A DNA stretch of 64,000 nucleotides from Balanoglossus misakiensis (lineage: Eukaryota > Animalia > Hemichordata). The notes under the pieces were generated by a model, which ran no database searches, was not told the origin of the DNA, and saw nothing but the letters and a program-made list of their open reading frames with translations. The position numbers and the translations under genes are program-made. Within the stretch, counting starts at the first letter, position 1, and every line of letters starts with the position of its first letter. The stretch covers positions 4,820,303 to 4,884,302 of the forward strand of contig CM082582.2 in NCBI GenBank assembly GCA_040954595.2, in the 5' to 3' direction. Below are positions 1 to 13,300 of this stretch, in pieces.

Positions 1-986
1 TAGATTCTGGAGTACCACAGGGGACAGTACTAGGACCACTCCTGTTCCTATGCCACATCAATGACCTCCCCAAATGTGTATTATCACAAGTCAGACTCTT
101 TGCGGATGACTGCCTACTCTACAGACCTATCAAAACACCGGATGACCAGCTAAAACTACAACAGGATCTTACATCTCTCGAAAACTGGGCTGAAAAGTGG
201 GGAATGAGATTTAATGCAACCAAATGTTAACTAATGTCCATAACCAGAAGTAAATCTCCACTTCAACACAAATATCTTCTGAATGACCATGTACTGGAAA
301 ATGTCACTGACAACCCTTACTTAGGTATCACCATCAGCAGTAATCTTAAATGGACCAACCACATCAACAAAGTAAGCAACAAGGCATCATCAACACTTGG
401 TTTCATCAGGAGAAATCTTCGTCATTGTCACCCCACTTTGAAGCAAATAGCATATACATCTCTTGTTCGCTCTGTCATGGACTATGCCTCTGTAGTATGG
501 GACCCCTACCTTATTAAGGACATCACTAAACTGGAAAATATACAAAGACGAGCTGCACGTTTCATAAAAAATGACTACAGTAGGGAAAGCAGTGTCACCG
601 CCATGTTAAAAGATCTTAATTTAATACCACTATCTGATCGCAGGAGAGACCAGCGGCTTCATCTTATGTACAAAATCGTAAATAACCAAATCGCAATTCC
701 AGCCGAAAGTCATATTAAATTCAACCCACGTACGTCCAGGAATTCTCACTCAAGACCCCTGTTCATACAAATGTGCAAGACAGATACTTACAAACACTCC
801 TTCATTCCGCGAACCATTACTGACTGGAACCACTTACCTGATAACATTGTAACTAGCACAAACCTAGAGCATTTTAAAACGGGTCTTTCAGGAATAACTA
901 GTCATCACGACTAAATTCACCTTGCGCACCTGCAGGATTACTGCTCAATTTCTGAGTTACTCTGCAGTATTATACAGATACAGATA
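1..986 (+). mobile_element. 3' part of a non-LTR retrotransposon (CR1-group LINE): RT domain, C-terminal region, short 3' UTR and microsatellite tail; one premature stop
   Basis: Frame from nt 3 reads DSGVPQGTVLGPLLFLCHINDLP...RLFADDCLLY...LQQDL..LENWAEKWGMRFNATKC* (TAA 228-230) and continues in frame as ORF 234-914 (YLGI, VWDPY, LENIQRRAARF, SFIPRTITDWN). It ends in (ATACAG)n at ~972-986. Confidence 0.93.
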
Positions 987-1556
987 GGTATTCATGAACG
1001 ACCAAACTTGATACCAAAATTTTGCAGTATGTCGTGATTGGCAGATTATTTGGAGCAGGACCTAAATGATAAGAAAAATTGAACGACTCATTTTATATGC
1101 CAATTCAAACTCAACGAATGGTTAAGTGAACATAGGTCACGTTGCTATGTCCTGTCCAGTTATCATCTTGATAGTGGAAGCTCTCCATTTTGGTGATCGT
1201 ACTTATTCGAGCCTTTAAATAATCTGTTCTATTGAAAAGGTTGCCAAGAATAATTTGCCGAGAGATTAATGTAACAGTAGTATAGCCTGGCAGTTGCCCA
1301 TCAACTAATTTTCCGTTTTTCTTTGTATGTCGGAAATTCTGTAAGATAGGGTTCTGGGAAAGCGTTGTACATTACCGTGGTTGCTTTGAGATATTTTGCA
1401 AGGCTCTCATAAATTTAATTGACATACATCATTTGAAACGCAACAGCATGTCTGTCTGTTTGTTTTTGCTTGCTTGCAATTGCTTGCCTGTTTATTTACA
1501 TGTATTTATTTGTTGTTTGTTTATACTTCTTATTTATCCACGTTTTTTGTTTCCAG

Positions 1557-3168
1557 TAACTCCTGAAAAATGTAAACAACTACTTCAGCACTACAAAACA
1601 GCGCTAGCATGCAACATGGGTCCGAGATCAACTCTCTACTATCTATTCCAAGAGAGAGTCTTCACGAAGGAAACCATCGAGGACATCAGGAAAAAGGGGA
1701 AAGGGGACCAATATGAAACCAACAGCGAAATAATCGAACAACTGATGTTGAAGGGAGTCCGAGAGTTCGAAGTACTCATCAAAATTTTACGCAAATTACA
1801 AATCAATTTATTGGCTGACATACTCGAAGAACAGAGGACGTCAGGTGAGAATGGCTGCAGAGTGCGCATGCGTGAATCAACCCCCTAAATTATAATGTCG
1901 AGAGGAAATTTATAGTATATGCAATGACACCCCAGGTAATCCACGAGATATCAATGTCAAAAGTTTAAGGTCAAGTACAGATAACATTCCCCGACCCTAA
2001 TTAACTTAATTACTTAAATTTATCAATACACTGTATGACGTATTTCATGACGAAAATGAAATCGTTTTTAAATCCATAAAGCGGCTTTCATTGTTGATTG
2101 TAAGCATCACAAAGAAATATCACTGGCCATTTCTGAAAGTGTCCATTAAAACGAACACGGTTTTGAATATCTATTTTGTTAAATTGGCAACAATCAGCTT
2201 AGTGTATATCACAGTTGCTATGGTTACTCTATCGAGGCAACATCTGATCATCATGACAGATTCGTTGTACGTGTCAGTAAACGACCTTTCCAACGATAAT
2301 TGTTGAATCCTTGGATGTTAGTGAAAAGATCCAATTTGTCGATTAAGTGCGCATTAATCCACTCCAATGATCAGTCTTTTCATATATTTCTGACAGCAGT
2401 ACAGTTGTATAAAATACTTATCATACAGTCAGTCAATCTGCAATATTTTTATATTAAATGTAGATATTTTACATCTTACGGAACCAACCAGTAGAAAACT
2501 GGGTTTTCACTGGAAGAGGATAGCGACTGAGCTGGGAATGAAACCTATAATTCCAATCATACAAGACAGATATCCCGACAAACTCAGGGAACAGGCCCTT
2601 TACATGCTGCTGATGTGGGAAGAGAGGGATGGCATCGGAGCCAATGGAAGGCGACTGACCGAACTTCTGGAGATGTGCAATATGCGGGCCGCTGCAGGTA
2701 GGAAGTGCGCCCTCAATCGACATTTGAAATATTGCAGATCCGTCCACTTCTGCAAATTCAAACATTCTCACAGTATTTTTCTGTTTCCCTTGTGCTGAAA
2801 GTTGTGAATTAATCTTACATCACTTGATTTCCTTTACAAATCAATGTCTTTGTTTTTGTTTACAGAAAATGTTGAAGTTATTATGAATGGAGGAAAGAAA
2901 AAGAAGAAGAAAAAGAAAGGAAAGAAAGGTAAAAAAATATGAATATTCAAATATATTCAAATTTTGCATCAGTCAAAGCATATTACAGATAGTGTGAATT
3001 GTTTCTCAGTGAAGTAATAAATTTTCGGACACAGATCAATTTTGTTATAATGGATGGTGTATGATTTAAACAGTTGCCTTGTGTATTATTTTTAATAATG
3101 TTTTAAAAATTTCTCTTTTTACAGGAAAGAAATCTGGAAAGAAGAAAAGTAAATCAGCCAAATATTAG
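1557..3168 (+). CDS. 3' exons of a death-fold protein: CARD-like domain + death domain + Lys-rich tail (CRADD/RAIDD-like order; 5' end not found, probably upstream of the window)
   Basis: Exons 1557-1844, 2464-2697, 2866-2928 and 3125-3168 are joined by GT-AG introns that are all phase 1 and in frame. CARD-like: LLQHYKTALACNM..TLYYLFQERVFTKETIEDI...IIEQLMLKGVREFEVLIKILRK..LLADIL. DD-like: LGFHWKRIATELG...IQDRYPDKLREQALYMLLMWEERDG..ANGRRLTELLEMCNMRAAAENV. Tail: GGKKKKKKKKGKKGKKSGKKKSKSAKY*. Confidence 0.75.
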
Positions 3169-6100
3169 ACAATTAACTGTTTCCATGACATCAAATAATA
3201 CATTCGTATAAACATGCCAAAATTTTGAAAATATTAAAAAAATCTGAATATATAAATATATGTATATAAAATTTGACATATTGCTTACAATAAGCTTTAT
3301 AAGGGTACAAAATATAAGGTACACTCCGTCCAAATGCTTTTATATTAACTTTTGCCAAATTATTTTCTCAGACCGGTCCATTTAGGGGAGGGGTGGTTTT
3401 AGGGTCAAGCAACAATTGTTTTTGGTAAGGTTGTAGATACTAGTATCAGGTTTTAATAGCAAAGACGATCTTTGCACTAAAACTAAAAACAAAGGAAAAT
3501 GGTAAATAGTAATAAAGAGAAAATATCAATTATTTTATTCAGAGGTATTTTTTAAGTGTATATATCCTAGTGTTGGTATTACTACCACAAAAGAAAAGCT
3601 TGAATTTTAGAAAAAAGGTCCACTATCTGTATACTTTTGGCTAATGTTACAGTATTTTTATTCTGTTTATCAACCATGGTTTCTTGTTACGCTCCATACA
3701 GCAGAATGCAATGCCTAGTATTTATTTCCTCAACATAGTTCATGTGTGCATAATTGGCATGCATTCAAGTCCGGACATAAATGCATTTGTCAACAATGAT
3801 TGGTACATGTATATACATATGCATGACTTGGTGGTAATCAGAAAACTAGGCATGCTGGGATACTGTATGTAGGAGAACAAGAAAATGTATTTCATACACA
3901 AAAACAAAAATACCGAAACCCTAGCCACAAGTTACACATAGTGGCCCTGAGTTTACTCACAGTTTAATTATGCAGTGGTTGAAAGTAATGAAATACCCGA
4001 TGTCTTGAAAGACAAAACTAAACATATCATGTATATTTGCTATTGTTGGATGATTAATTAATTAATATTGATGATGGATCATGGATGAGCACATTTTCAT
4101 GTAACATATCAAAAAATGCTTTGATACAAATGTAAAGTTCACTTTGATGGTTAAATTTTATATTTCTTTGCAATCAATTGTATCATGAATTCATTTCTAT
4201 GCAATGATTTCCTGTCATCAGCTAGGACGACAAACAAGATTTATGATTAAATCCCAAAAACATAAAACTTTTGTTAGGTTTTAGTAAAATTGGATTTTTT
4301 GATCTCATGGTGAAATATCTTGAATCAAATCCAGAATTAGAGTCAGCAACATGCAATGCTGGTGTCTACAAATTCAAGTCTTACTGTTCAGTTGTATACA
4401 CAGAACTCTATATCCCTGTAACAGTCAGAGGGCTGTCACAGAGGCAGGCACACAGCTGTATCAGCTGGCCCCATGGAGCCACACATCCAATACTTGCCAA
4501 GAAAACATTTAGAGGTTATAAACAGCAAGTGAGGGTATTTTTTGCAGATATACATGAATAAGACCTCTCAGGTGAAAATTGGTATTTTTGGCGAGAAATA
4601 ATCATCGAATGAATAGATGTTCTGTGTTGTTTGGATGTAATGATAACTTGTGTACAAAAAAAATTAAGTTGTATCATCAATTACATTGCCCATTATAAAA
4701 TCCCAAGCACTATTTTCATCTGATGTTAATTTTTGGTAAAGAAGCATAGGCTTTTTCATTTCAATGTGATGCCTGTTATGTAATAAATCATCAAGCTGTA
4801 TATTTGGTGGCATATATCATTCATCAAGGTTAAAACGAGCCATTATTTCTCTTGGTGAAAAATCAGTCCAGGTTTTAGAAATACTTAAAGTTGAAAACTT
4901 GTGCCCAATATCAGATCAGAAATATGCCAAATTTCATCAAGGGTCAATCAGTGTATCCTTTCACAAAATCAGGTCAGGATTTTCAATAATTTCTCAGAAA
5001 GACGTACAGCACCTGGATATTCGATTTAATGTCACTCTTCAGCAAAGACTATCCACCTTCCATGGCCTATGAACTTTCTTATCAAAAAATAATTATGAAA
5101 CATTTACTTTTGAGTCAGCGAGAATTGCATTCATTATTTTCATTGATTCTTGCATGTTTGTTTTAACTGTCAATGAAATTGCCAGAGCAATCATGAATAA
5201 ATGAGATTTTATAAGAAAAGTGAGTCACGTGTAATTGAGTCTTTTTACATGCCTATATATGATGGTATACTTTTTTGCATGTGCCACTAACTAAAAATCT
5301 GATTGGCTATATTTTAATTTTCCATGGTAAACAGTGATAACATTTGCATAGGTGACCAAATTTGAAAATGACTCCATTGAGAAAAAGTTGCTGAACACCA
5401 TGTTTTCTTTGTTTTCAAAAACGACTTCTCACGCACATTAATATAGCAAAGAAGTACAAAAAGGTTTGGAAGACTGTAATTTTTCTGGAGATCTGTCACC
5501 AGGGCAGGTATGTACTGCCTTAACCTATGTACAAATTTGTGAGTCCTGTAGAAATCCTAGTTTCCTTTCTGGTAACTATTTCACAAGTTCAATGTTGTAT
5601 CACGTAGTTATGAAGTGTGTGCTTTTCATGGTTTTGTGCAGGGCTCTTGTGCACTTGGGAACAAATCACATCGAGTCGACCCAAATGATTTCTCTTCACA
5701 AAATTTATTTAAGTACCGGTATATAAAATTTATGACAATATCAGGTTTCATTGACATTATCAAGGTTTATATGCAATTACAGAAAGAATTGCCATCATTC
5801 TTGTTTAACACTACAACAAATCAACAGGGCAATTTGAATAATCAACTAAAAAATCATAAAACATCTGTTGGTTTTATTTTTATTCGATGATAATTTTTTA
5901 CAATCCAATCATTTCAAGTACAGGCAAGTATATTCGACCAACCAATTAGATCAACTCTGTCACAGAAAATCAATACTCACACTGTACAACAATATTCAAT
6001 AAATAAACATTTCATTGAAACGAAGTATGGGAAATAACATAAACCTGCATTTATACAGGCATTCACCAAGTCTGCCATTAGTTGAAAGCTCAGACAATAT

Positions 6101-6323
6101 TGGTTCGTTGATGGTTGCAATTGACAATTCAGCATGTGTCTATGCCAGGTCCTTAAGGTGCGAGATTCTATAAGACTCACACCAAAGTCTGAGATATCAA
6201 TGTCTTCTGATATAAACCAGACTATCAACAGCTATCATGGCTGTATGACTGTAAAATTAACTGTTGATATTGAGATCTTTTTCAATTAAATAATGCTGCC
6301 TACCACTTAAAAGTCTTAAAAAA

Positions 6324-8785
6324 TCAATCATCACTTGGTTTGAGAAATTGCTTTTTCTTTTTCTTTCCTTCTCCATCCTCATCTTGAGATGTCCGATGTC
6401 TCTTCTTTGTAAATTTTTTGCCAATTGTGCCTATCAGAGAATCATATCTGTAAATGGAAAAAAAAAGAATGAAATACAAGATTTATCAAATAAGGGTATT
6501 CCACTACTAGAACAGTATAGATTTTCAATCTCAGCCAAATCACCAAGTAACCAACAAATCTTTTCTGGATTTCTGTGATTCTTGTATATGTACATTGTAA
6601 TGCCTGTATTCCACGTTCACACATTCCAAGTGATTCAGAACTTGACCCCTGTGCATTCACCCATCCAAAGTCGGATTTAGATTCAGAATCAGCATTCTTT
6701 CAACTCACCGTTCTGCCATTTCTTCATCTGAAACAGCTGCTTCTTTCTCTCGTTCTTCAGCCAAAGCTAACTCTTTTTCCGTATCCTCCTGTTTCATCAG
6801 TTTCTGTCAACAGAGAAGAGCAGTGGTTTTCCAGATGGGACACAATTATTCAAGTTATTGTGGTTACGGATTAAGGGTAGAGTTTTCCTAACTTCACCAG
6901 AATTGAATTGGGAGCAAATGGCTTGAAAATGATCAAGTTTGCTAACAATCTTTACCACTTAGCAATTATACTAAGTAGCACCTAATATATCCAGGAAAAT
7001 TATAGGTACATATTTCTTTATAGCTTCTTTTTTCTCCTCCCTGGTGCCAACAATTGACCAAGTGCTTCCCCCCCCCCCCAATATACCTTCCTATATAATC
7101 TTCTGTCACGTAGGGCTTATTGGTTTTAACTATACAAAAAATTCTTGTGCAAGACCCCTTAATTTTAAATTATAATTATTGTTACAGCCACTGACCTCTA
7201 TTGCAGGGTTGAAACCTTTGAAAGACATTCTGCCATACTTGAGATCCTCGCATGAAACATAACTTGGTTCAATAATGAATCTGTTCCTGCAAATAAACAT
7301 ATATCAGCTTGACAGAATTAGTATTGATGTCAATGTCTGTCAATATAACTTCACTTTTACTTCAGTCTATCATTCAATCCAATATGACTTTATGACAACA
7401 TGGGCAAATCAAAAGCAAAATTCAAAGGACTTTCCATGAGTGGTTTACTGTCGTTCCCATCTGGATTCGAACGATAATGTTGATCTAAATGTTATCACAC
7501 TTGTGTAATTGGTTTGTGAAGTTGATTCCAACTTTGCTACAGTTGTTGTACAGTTTATATGCTTTGCGGCAAACACAAACAGGATTAATGGTTTCTTACC
7601 CGGTAGGATGCTTCGCCAGTTTGTTTAAATAAGACAATAAAACGAGTCAACTGATTGGCGCTACCCTGACTTTATTTAATAGCCCTGTGTGTGGTAAAAG
7701 CACGCGTAGATAAAAGTCTTGCTTTAGCAAGCAATGTGAAGTGTAAGACGATCCTCTTACGACACCCGTAATACCCCACTGTTAGTATTGTTATCAATCT
7801 CGATATAACCTCTTTGAATTTACCGCAACATCAGCAACTGGGCGCCGAAACTGAAGTAAGATAAGGATCAACTTGGCAAACCAAATGTGCAAGTATGGTA
7901 ACATTTAGATCAACATTATCGTTCGAATCAAGATGGGAACGACAGTAACCCTTTCACCAACAAGGTTTGGTCCAAGTCCATTGTTTTCTATGGTAAATTG
8001 GACCTCTACAAAGAGAACTGATGGACTTTCCAGAAATGTATTCAACGCTGCTATAATCGATGCCTTACTGTTTTGCTTGAAGTTCTGGCAGATCTAAAAC
8101 CCAGTGACTGTCATCAATTCGCCTTTGCTGTTCTTCTTCCTGTTCACTGTTTGCAGAATCTTTATTTCTTTGCATAAACTGTTGGTTAATATCAACAATC
8201 ACACAAATTAGCGTGACAATATTACATAGTTGTCATCCAAATTACAGCCTTGGGAAATGGCTAATTACTGCTGAAACATGGTAGAGTAGTGGGTTTGATG
8301 GACTGGGACATTTTTTCACTATACACATTTAGCTGCAATGATTGTAGCGGGTGCTGCTAGGGTTGACTGGTGTTCGCAGCCCCAGGGCTGCGAACAAAAC
8401 TCAACCTTGCTGCAGTTCCGTAGCCGTGCCCCACATCTCCCCAAGGAGAGGTGTCACCCGCTACAATCAGCACCCGCTAAAAACATGTCTTACGACAAGG
8501 AGATGGGACATGCAGCAGTGAAGTACAGCCCACATGCACGATCCAGCCACCCTATCAGCCTCACCTGGCCTAATGTTGTGCAACTACACACGTGTTATGA
8601 TGTGCTGTACACAAATATCTACTTTGCAACCTTTCGTGTAAAAATACAATGTTTCTCGCGAAAGATAACTGATGACTGTGTGCTGTAGCTGAACATTTAC
8701 CTACCTTCATTTGCCGCACGTAGATAGATAGCTTGGATTTTCCCGGTTCGCGTTCGGCACTCATCATCGGGATGGGGGCCGCCAT
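6324..8785 (-). CDS. MPHOSPH6: M-phase phosphoprotein 6 (MPP6, nuclear exosome cofactor), 5 coding exons, 166 aa
   Basis: Exons 8785-8705, 8178-8069, 7286-7196, 6803-6709 and 6447-6324 splice in frame: ..KLSIYVRQMKFMQR...HWVLDLPELQ...FIIEPSYVSCEDLKYGRMSFKGFNPAIEKLM...VSDEEMAERYDSLIGTIGKKF...FLKPSDD*, matching MPP6 hallmark motifs. Confidence 0.95.
7448..7945. mobile_element. Non-autonomous DNA transposon with ~80 bp TIRs and TA target duplication (Tc1/mariner-type), in MPHOSPH6 intron 2
   Basis: TA|CTGTCGTTCCCATCTGGATTCGAACGATAATGTTGATCTAAATGTTA... is mirrored by ...TAACATTTAGATCAACATTATCGTTCGAATCAAGATGGGAACGACAG|TA. Confidence 0.85.
8330..8479. mobile_element. Palindromic MITE-like element (TAGCTGCA-terminated family)
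   Basis: Arms TGATTGTAGCGGGTG / CACCCGCTACAATCA enclose internal hairpins; related copy at 56012-56115. Confidence 0.65.
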
Positions 8786-10392
8786 GTTGGTTTAAAGTTT
8801 GTCAGCCTCGTACAGCACTCCAGTTGGTGGAGTAGTTTGAAACTTTTTTACTCCTTTTCTAATAAGATTCATTACAGAGCTTTTCTTATTATAAGAGACT
8901 TTATATACAAATAATGTAACACCTTTAACCGAAACACGAAAAAGCACGTTTCACAATCATACGTAACGAGAGAGGCTGGTCTGTAGAGGGCGCTGATTTC
9001 TAAAATAAGTTTCATGGATACTGAAGTTAGATTTTACTTAGAAATGGGTTTCGGATTCATGTAATTGGATTCCATTCTGGCGCTAATTTTCATAATTTTG
9101 TTCAATATCCACTTTTCACAATTTATCCGCGCAACACTCAATGTACATTGATTTCCAATATATATTCATGGAGTTATACTATCAATCACGGAGTTGAACA
9201 AAACATGAGCCATGACCCTCAATCTGAATCTGAAGTCGTGTTTGAAGCGAAAACTTTGTTCTTATGTGGTAAGTGCACAGCTTGTGCAAATAGTTTGAGA
9301 TAAAGTGTAATTTGTGCATAATTTCGTCGCAAACAGGTGTGGCCACTGTAGGTAAGTATCGTGCTAATGTGCGCCCATCACAAACTCTGAACAAACTAGT
9401 GATAAAGAGAGTAGGAAGGTGTCATCTAAGGTCACAGTGCGGAGCACGTGTCGTCATGTGCATCGTGGGCAAGTCGTTTGCGACAATCTCACATTCGCAT
9501 TTTTGGGCTCAGTCGCATGTTGCTGCGACTGGATTTCAACCAACTTTCCTATAAAACGTTATCTTTCCATACTTCTGTCAACGTGTTACCCCCTCCCAGC
9601 CTGACAGTTTCAGTCCCGTGGAATTTTCGGGGGGGGGGGGGGTTATGTACACTGAGCCAGAATATGCGTGACTCGGATTGATTTCTACTATGAAATGTTA
9701 CAATGTATTGCAAGTAAATTTCGAAATATTTTAAGTTGGAACAGACATCTTTGAACTTTCAGTCACACTTAATTTCGAAACTTTCGTTTAAGGGAGAGAG
9801 GGAGGAGTTTTGAGGTCGAACTTCAACACAAGTACACACACGTATTTCTAGTCTGGAATCCAGACCCAGTTTTAGATTCACACACAGACATTGAAGAGTG
9901 AAGCAGACGACAAAAAGTGACAAGACAGGCATGCGCACGGCAAATTGCCATGCGCAATGCCTGTCTTTTCACCGCACATGTTCGCTGCTGCATGCTAGTT
10001 CAGGGGCCTTTACCGCTGCCAGTTATGGTATAACAGTATTTTACCAAGGCTAGATTGAGCTCTCGTCCAATCAGAATGGTGGACAGAAGCATGATATAAT
10101 ATAGTTTTAAGTTTGTAATCATTAATGGGTTTGTTCAAAAACTCGGACAGTGCAGATTACATATTTTGTTAAATCTTTATAAAATTTCTTTTTATCAGTA
10201 TTGGTTGAAATGTAACAATCGTACATATAGGAACAGTGTGTGGAAAAAACACTTAACAAATGAAATTGACTTTGTATCCAAATATAATTGCTGGAAATAG
10301 TAACTGTATTTTTGATTGTTTATTCATAATACTATTCTTTTCATAATACTATTCTATAGCTAAGTTCATGTACAAGAACTGAGTGAAGAAAA
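8786..10392. promoter_or_regulatory. Divergent promoter / 5' UTR region shared by MPHOSPH6 and TDRD12
   Basis: Head-to-head start codons and locally more CpG. A strong + strand donor (AG|GTAAGT, ~9351) and an acceptor at ~10359 suggest a non-coding first exon for TDRD12. Confidence 0.55.
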
Positions 10393-13300
10393 ATGGCTGT
10401 AAACATCACAGTTTTAAAGGTATGTTGCATTATTTTGTTGTCCAGAGTGAAATTTTTCAACAGTTACTATCTCCTAACACAATGTTTGTTATAGGTTATT
10501 GGTATAGCCAGAAGGTTAAAGCTTGTAACTACTGATTTTGATTTGCTTTGATTTTGATTTTTGTTTTGATTAGGTAATCAATGCTGGATGTTTCTGGGCC
10601 AAGGAAAATCCGTCTCGTCACATGTCTGAAGAAACCAGACAGTTCATGACTCTTTGTAATGAGATTAATGATTACTGTAACTCGACTGAGCTGGCTTCTG
10701 TGTGTGTTCAGATGCCACAGAAAGGACAGGTAAGTTCAAATAACACCTGTAGAAATTGTAGCTGAGATTTTAGTGCTAAATTTATAGAACCATCTATTTT
10801 GGATGTGTCTGTGTATAACTATTGTGATTTCGAACACATTTTGTTCACAATATTGAATTAAGGAAATAATAAAATGAAATGAATAATGAAAATAATTGCT
10901 CACTGTCTGTGACCTGTACAATGTTGACCATGTACCATAGTTGAGAATGACTTATTTCACTTCTTGCAGATGTGTTTGGCATGGAGGTCAGAGGATAGAA
11001 GATGGTACAGAGGCAGGGTGTTGAGTATTATGCAGACGAGACTGGGACCACATGTCAAGTAAGGTTCCATCATATCACGCTGATGAACAAAATGTCATAT
11101 ATCTGTGGTAGACATTCACTTATAAAAATTATTGGCTGCTCAAACGTGGTTCTTCTAATCACACACTGTTCACAGTGTAATGCTTGCAAATTATGAGAAA
11201 AATCATGAATATTCATGAACAACAATATACTTTTTCGACAGACATTGCGTAAGCAGTTGTAATTTCAGTACCAGTTCAGAAAATCCGTGTCAGTACAGTG
11301 TCCTCCCTTATTACAATTGTAAGTGATCGAGGCATAGTCTTTTGGACATATAGTAGCCCACATCTAAAAAATAATTTGTAGATCCCATTTCCTACCACTT
11401 ACTTTGATGTTTTGATATTTTCCAGGTGTTTCCTCATTGACATTGCAGAAACTGTGTTGATCTCATCTTCAAGGTATGTGTACACAGTCTTGGCTTTTAT
11501 TGATGGATCAATAGACTCGAAACAACAACGATGTTGAATGATGCAGATGTGGTTAATGAGTCTCATTCAATTGCCCAAGTATATACTTTGTGATTTATAA
11601 TATATTGAACAACAATGGCAGCATATACAACAACAACAACATTCCCAATTGTCAATCTAATTTCTTTATAGGCTGAGAGAAGCACCTCCCATGTTTCTGA
11701 AGTTCCCTTCCCAGGCAAAGAAGTATAGTTTGTTTGGTTTGAAGCCGTTGACACTGGTTACATCACCAGAAGACTTCAGCACCACAAAGCAGTAAGTTAT
11801 AATGTCTAACCCCTTGCAAGGTTTGTGTGCCATCCGAGTCAATATGGCATTCTGTTGGTGCATGAAGATTGTTGGAAAACAAGTAACTATTGCAATGTGG
11901 ACAGTATGGACTATAATTCCTGCGATGGCGTAAGGCTGACAGACTGGAGTGCAGAAATTCTGTTTGTGAGATGATTATTGTTACAGGATGCATATGCCAT
12001 TCTCCAACTCATCCAGCCAGGAATCCTTGGTTCAATTAAAACAAGTGATGTAGCTGCAGCAGCAAGTAATTACAGTTGCATAGGTTGTGGGCACATTCAG
12101 CTAACGGAAGCTAATTGGTGTTGAAACAAGTGAACGACCACCCCACCGTGACCCACCTTGTTAACTCAAACGATTCCGACACTGCCATCTAAATTAACCT
12201 TAATATATGTACCATGTGACCATCCATTCATGGAAATAATTTTTGTATCTTTTCAGACCATGTAACAAGTGGGATACTGCTGCTGATGAATTCATATTCA
12301 ATTTGGTTGTTACAGGTATGATAGCTTTGACTCAAGTTTCTGTGTTAAGTATTCTTTGTTTGCAACACTTTATACATGTGAAAATATTTGTTTCACCCAG
12401 TGCCTGCATGTGTCTCTAATTTTCACCATTTTACTCTTTTGCTTCTTGCTTTTCATGTTATGCTTTGCGATCTGTGGCACAGACGTTGATGCTGCCAAGG
12501 TAGATGTGTGTGACTTGGATGAACATGAAACTCGACAGGTTATCTTGTATGTGCATACCTCTGATGGTTGGGTAAGTGCTGCAGGTTTTATCTCATTTAT
12601 CAGAAGGTGCAAGATATACTGAACGTAACTTCTTGTTTTGATCAAAGTTTGATGTGTTTCCTATTGAATACAATTCTAGTCTTGTGAATCTGAAAATTTT
12701 GAAACCATACTTCTCAGCAATTTGGTATTTCAAATCTGTTTACTTTTTCTTAAATATGTGCAACCTGTTCTATTCTCAAAAACTAAATCATAGTAGCAAT
12801 TATTAATTTGCTTCTGCATTTGAATTGATAAAGTACATCACCAGTAAAGAAATCTTTGGATCAGGCTAGTACATTGCCTACAGTTTCTCTGCTGATGAAA
12901 TTAAATTATGTTGTGTGTTAACAGGTGAACATTAATAAAATGCTGGTGAAAGAGGAGTACGCAGTCGCTGTGGATGACATCAACGGCTCATTGGACCAGT
13001 CCATCTGTACACCTGGTGAATCAAACGCCCAATCTCTGGACAGACGTTCCAGAACTTTGCTCCACTACATGCCGTATGGTGATCCGAGCAGCGATAGTAA
13101 ATTGGAGTCTTCAGATTTGAGCAGTCCAGTGGCATCTCAGGGTGTACCAGCACAAGAGGAGTATCTGTCTGCTTTGAAGACCAGTGGGGTTGTCGCTGAG
13201 GATGTTGGAACTGCTAATCGTGAGTTTCACCTGCAGAAGACCATGACAGAGCACAGCGCTGAACTTCGTGAAGAGGATCTGGATTACAAGAAGTTCAAGA

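Noticed and set aside
234-914. 226-aa ORF as a host gene
   Set aside because: It is the post-stop remainder of the LINE ORF2.
3300-5530. Single large transposon or hidden gene between the death-fold gene and MPHOSPH6
   Set aside because: Only repeat fragments (4505-4590 recurs at ~29315-29400; 5270-5357 recurs at ~15470-15560); no matching TIR pair or coherent coding exons.
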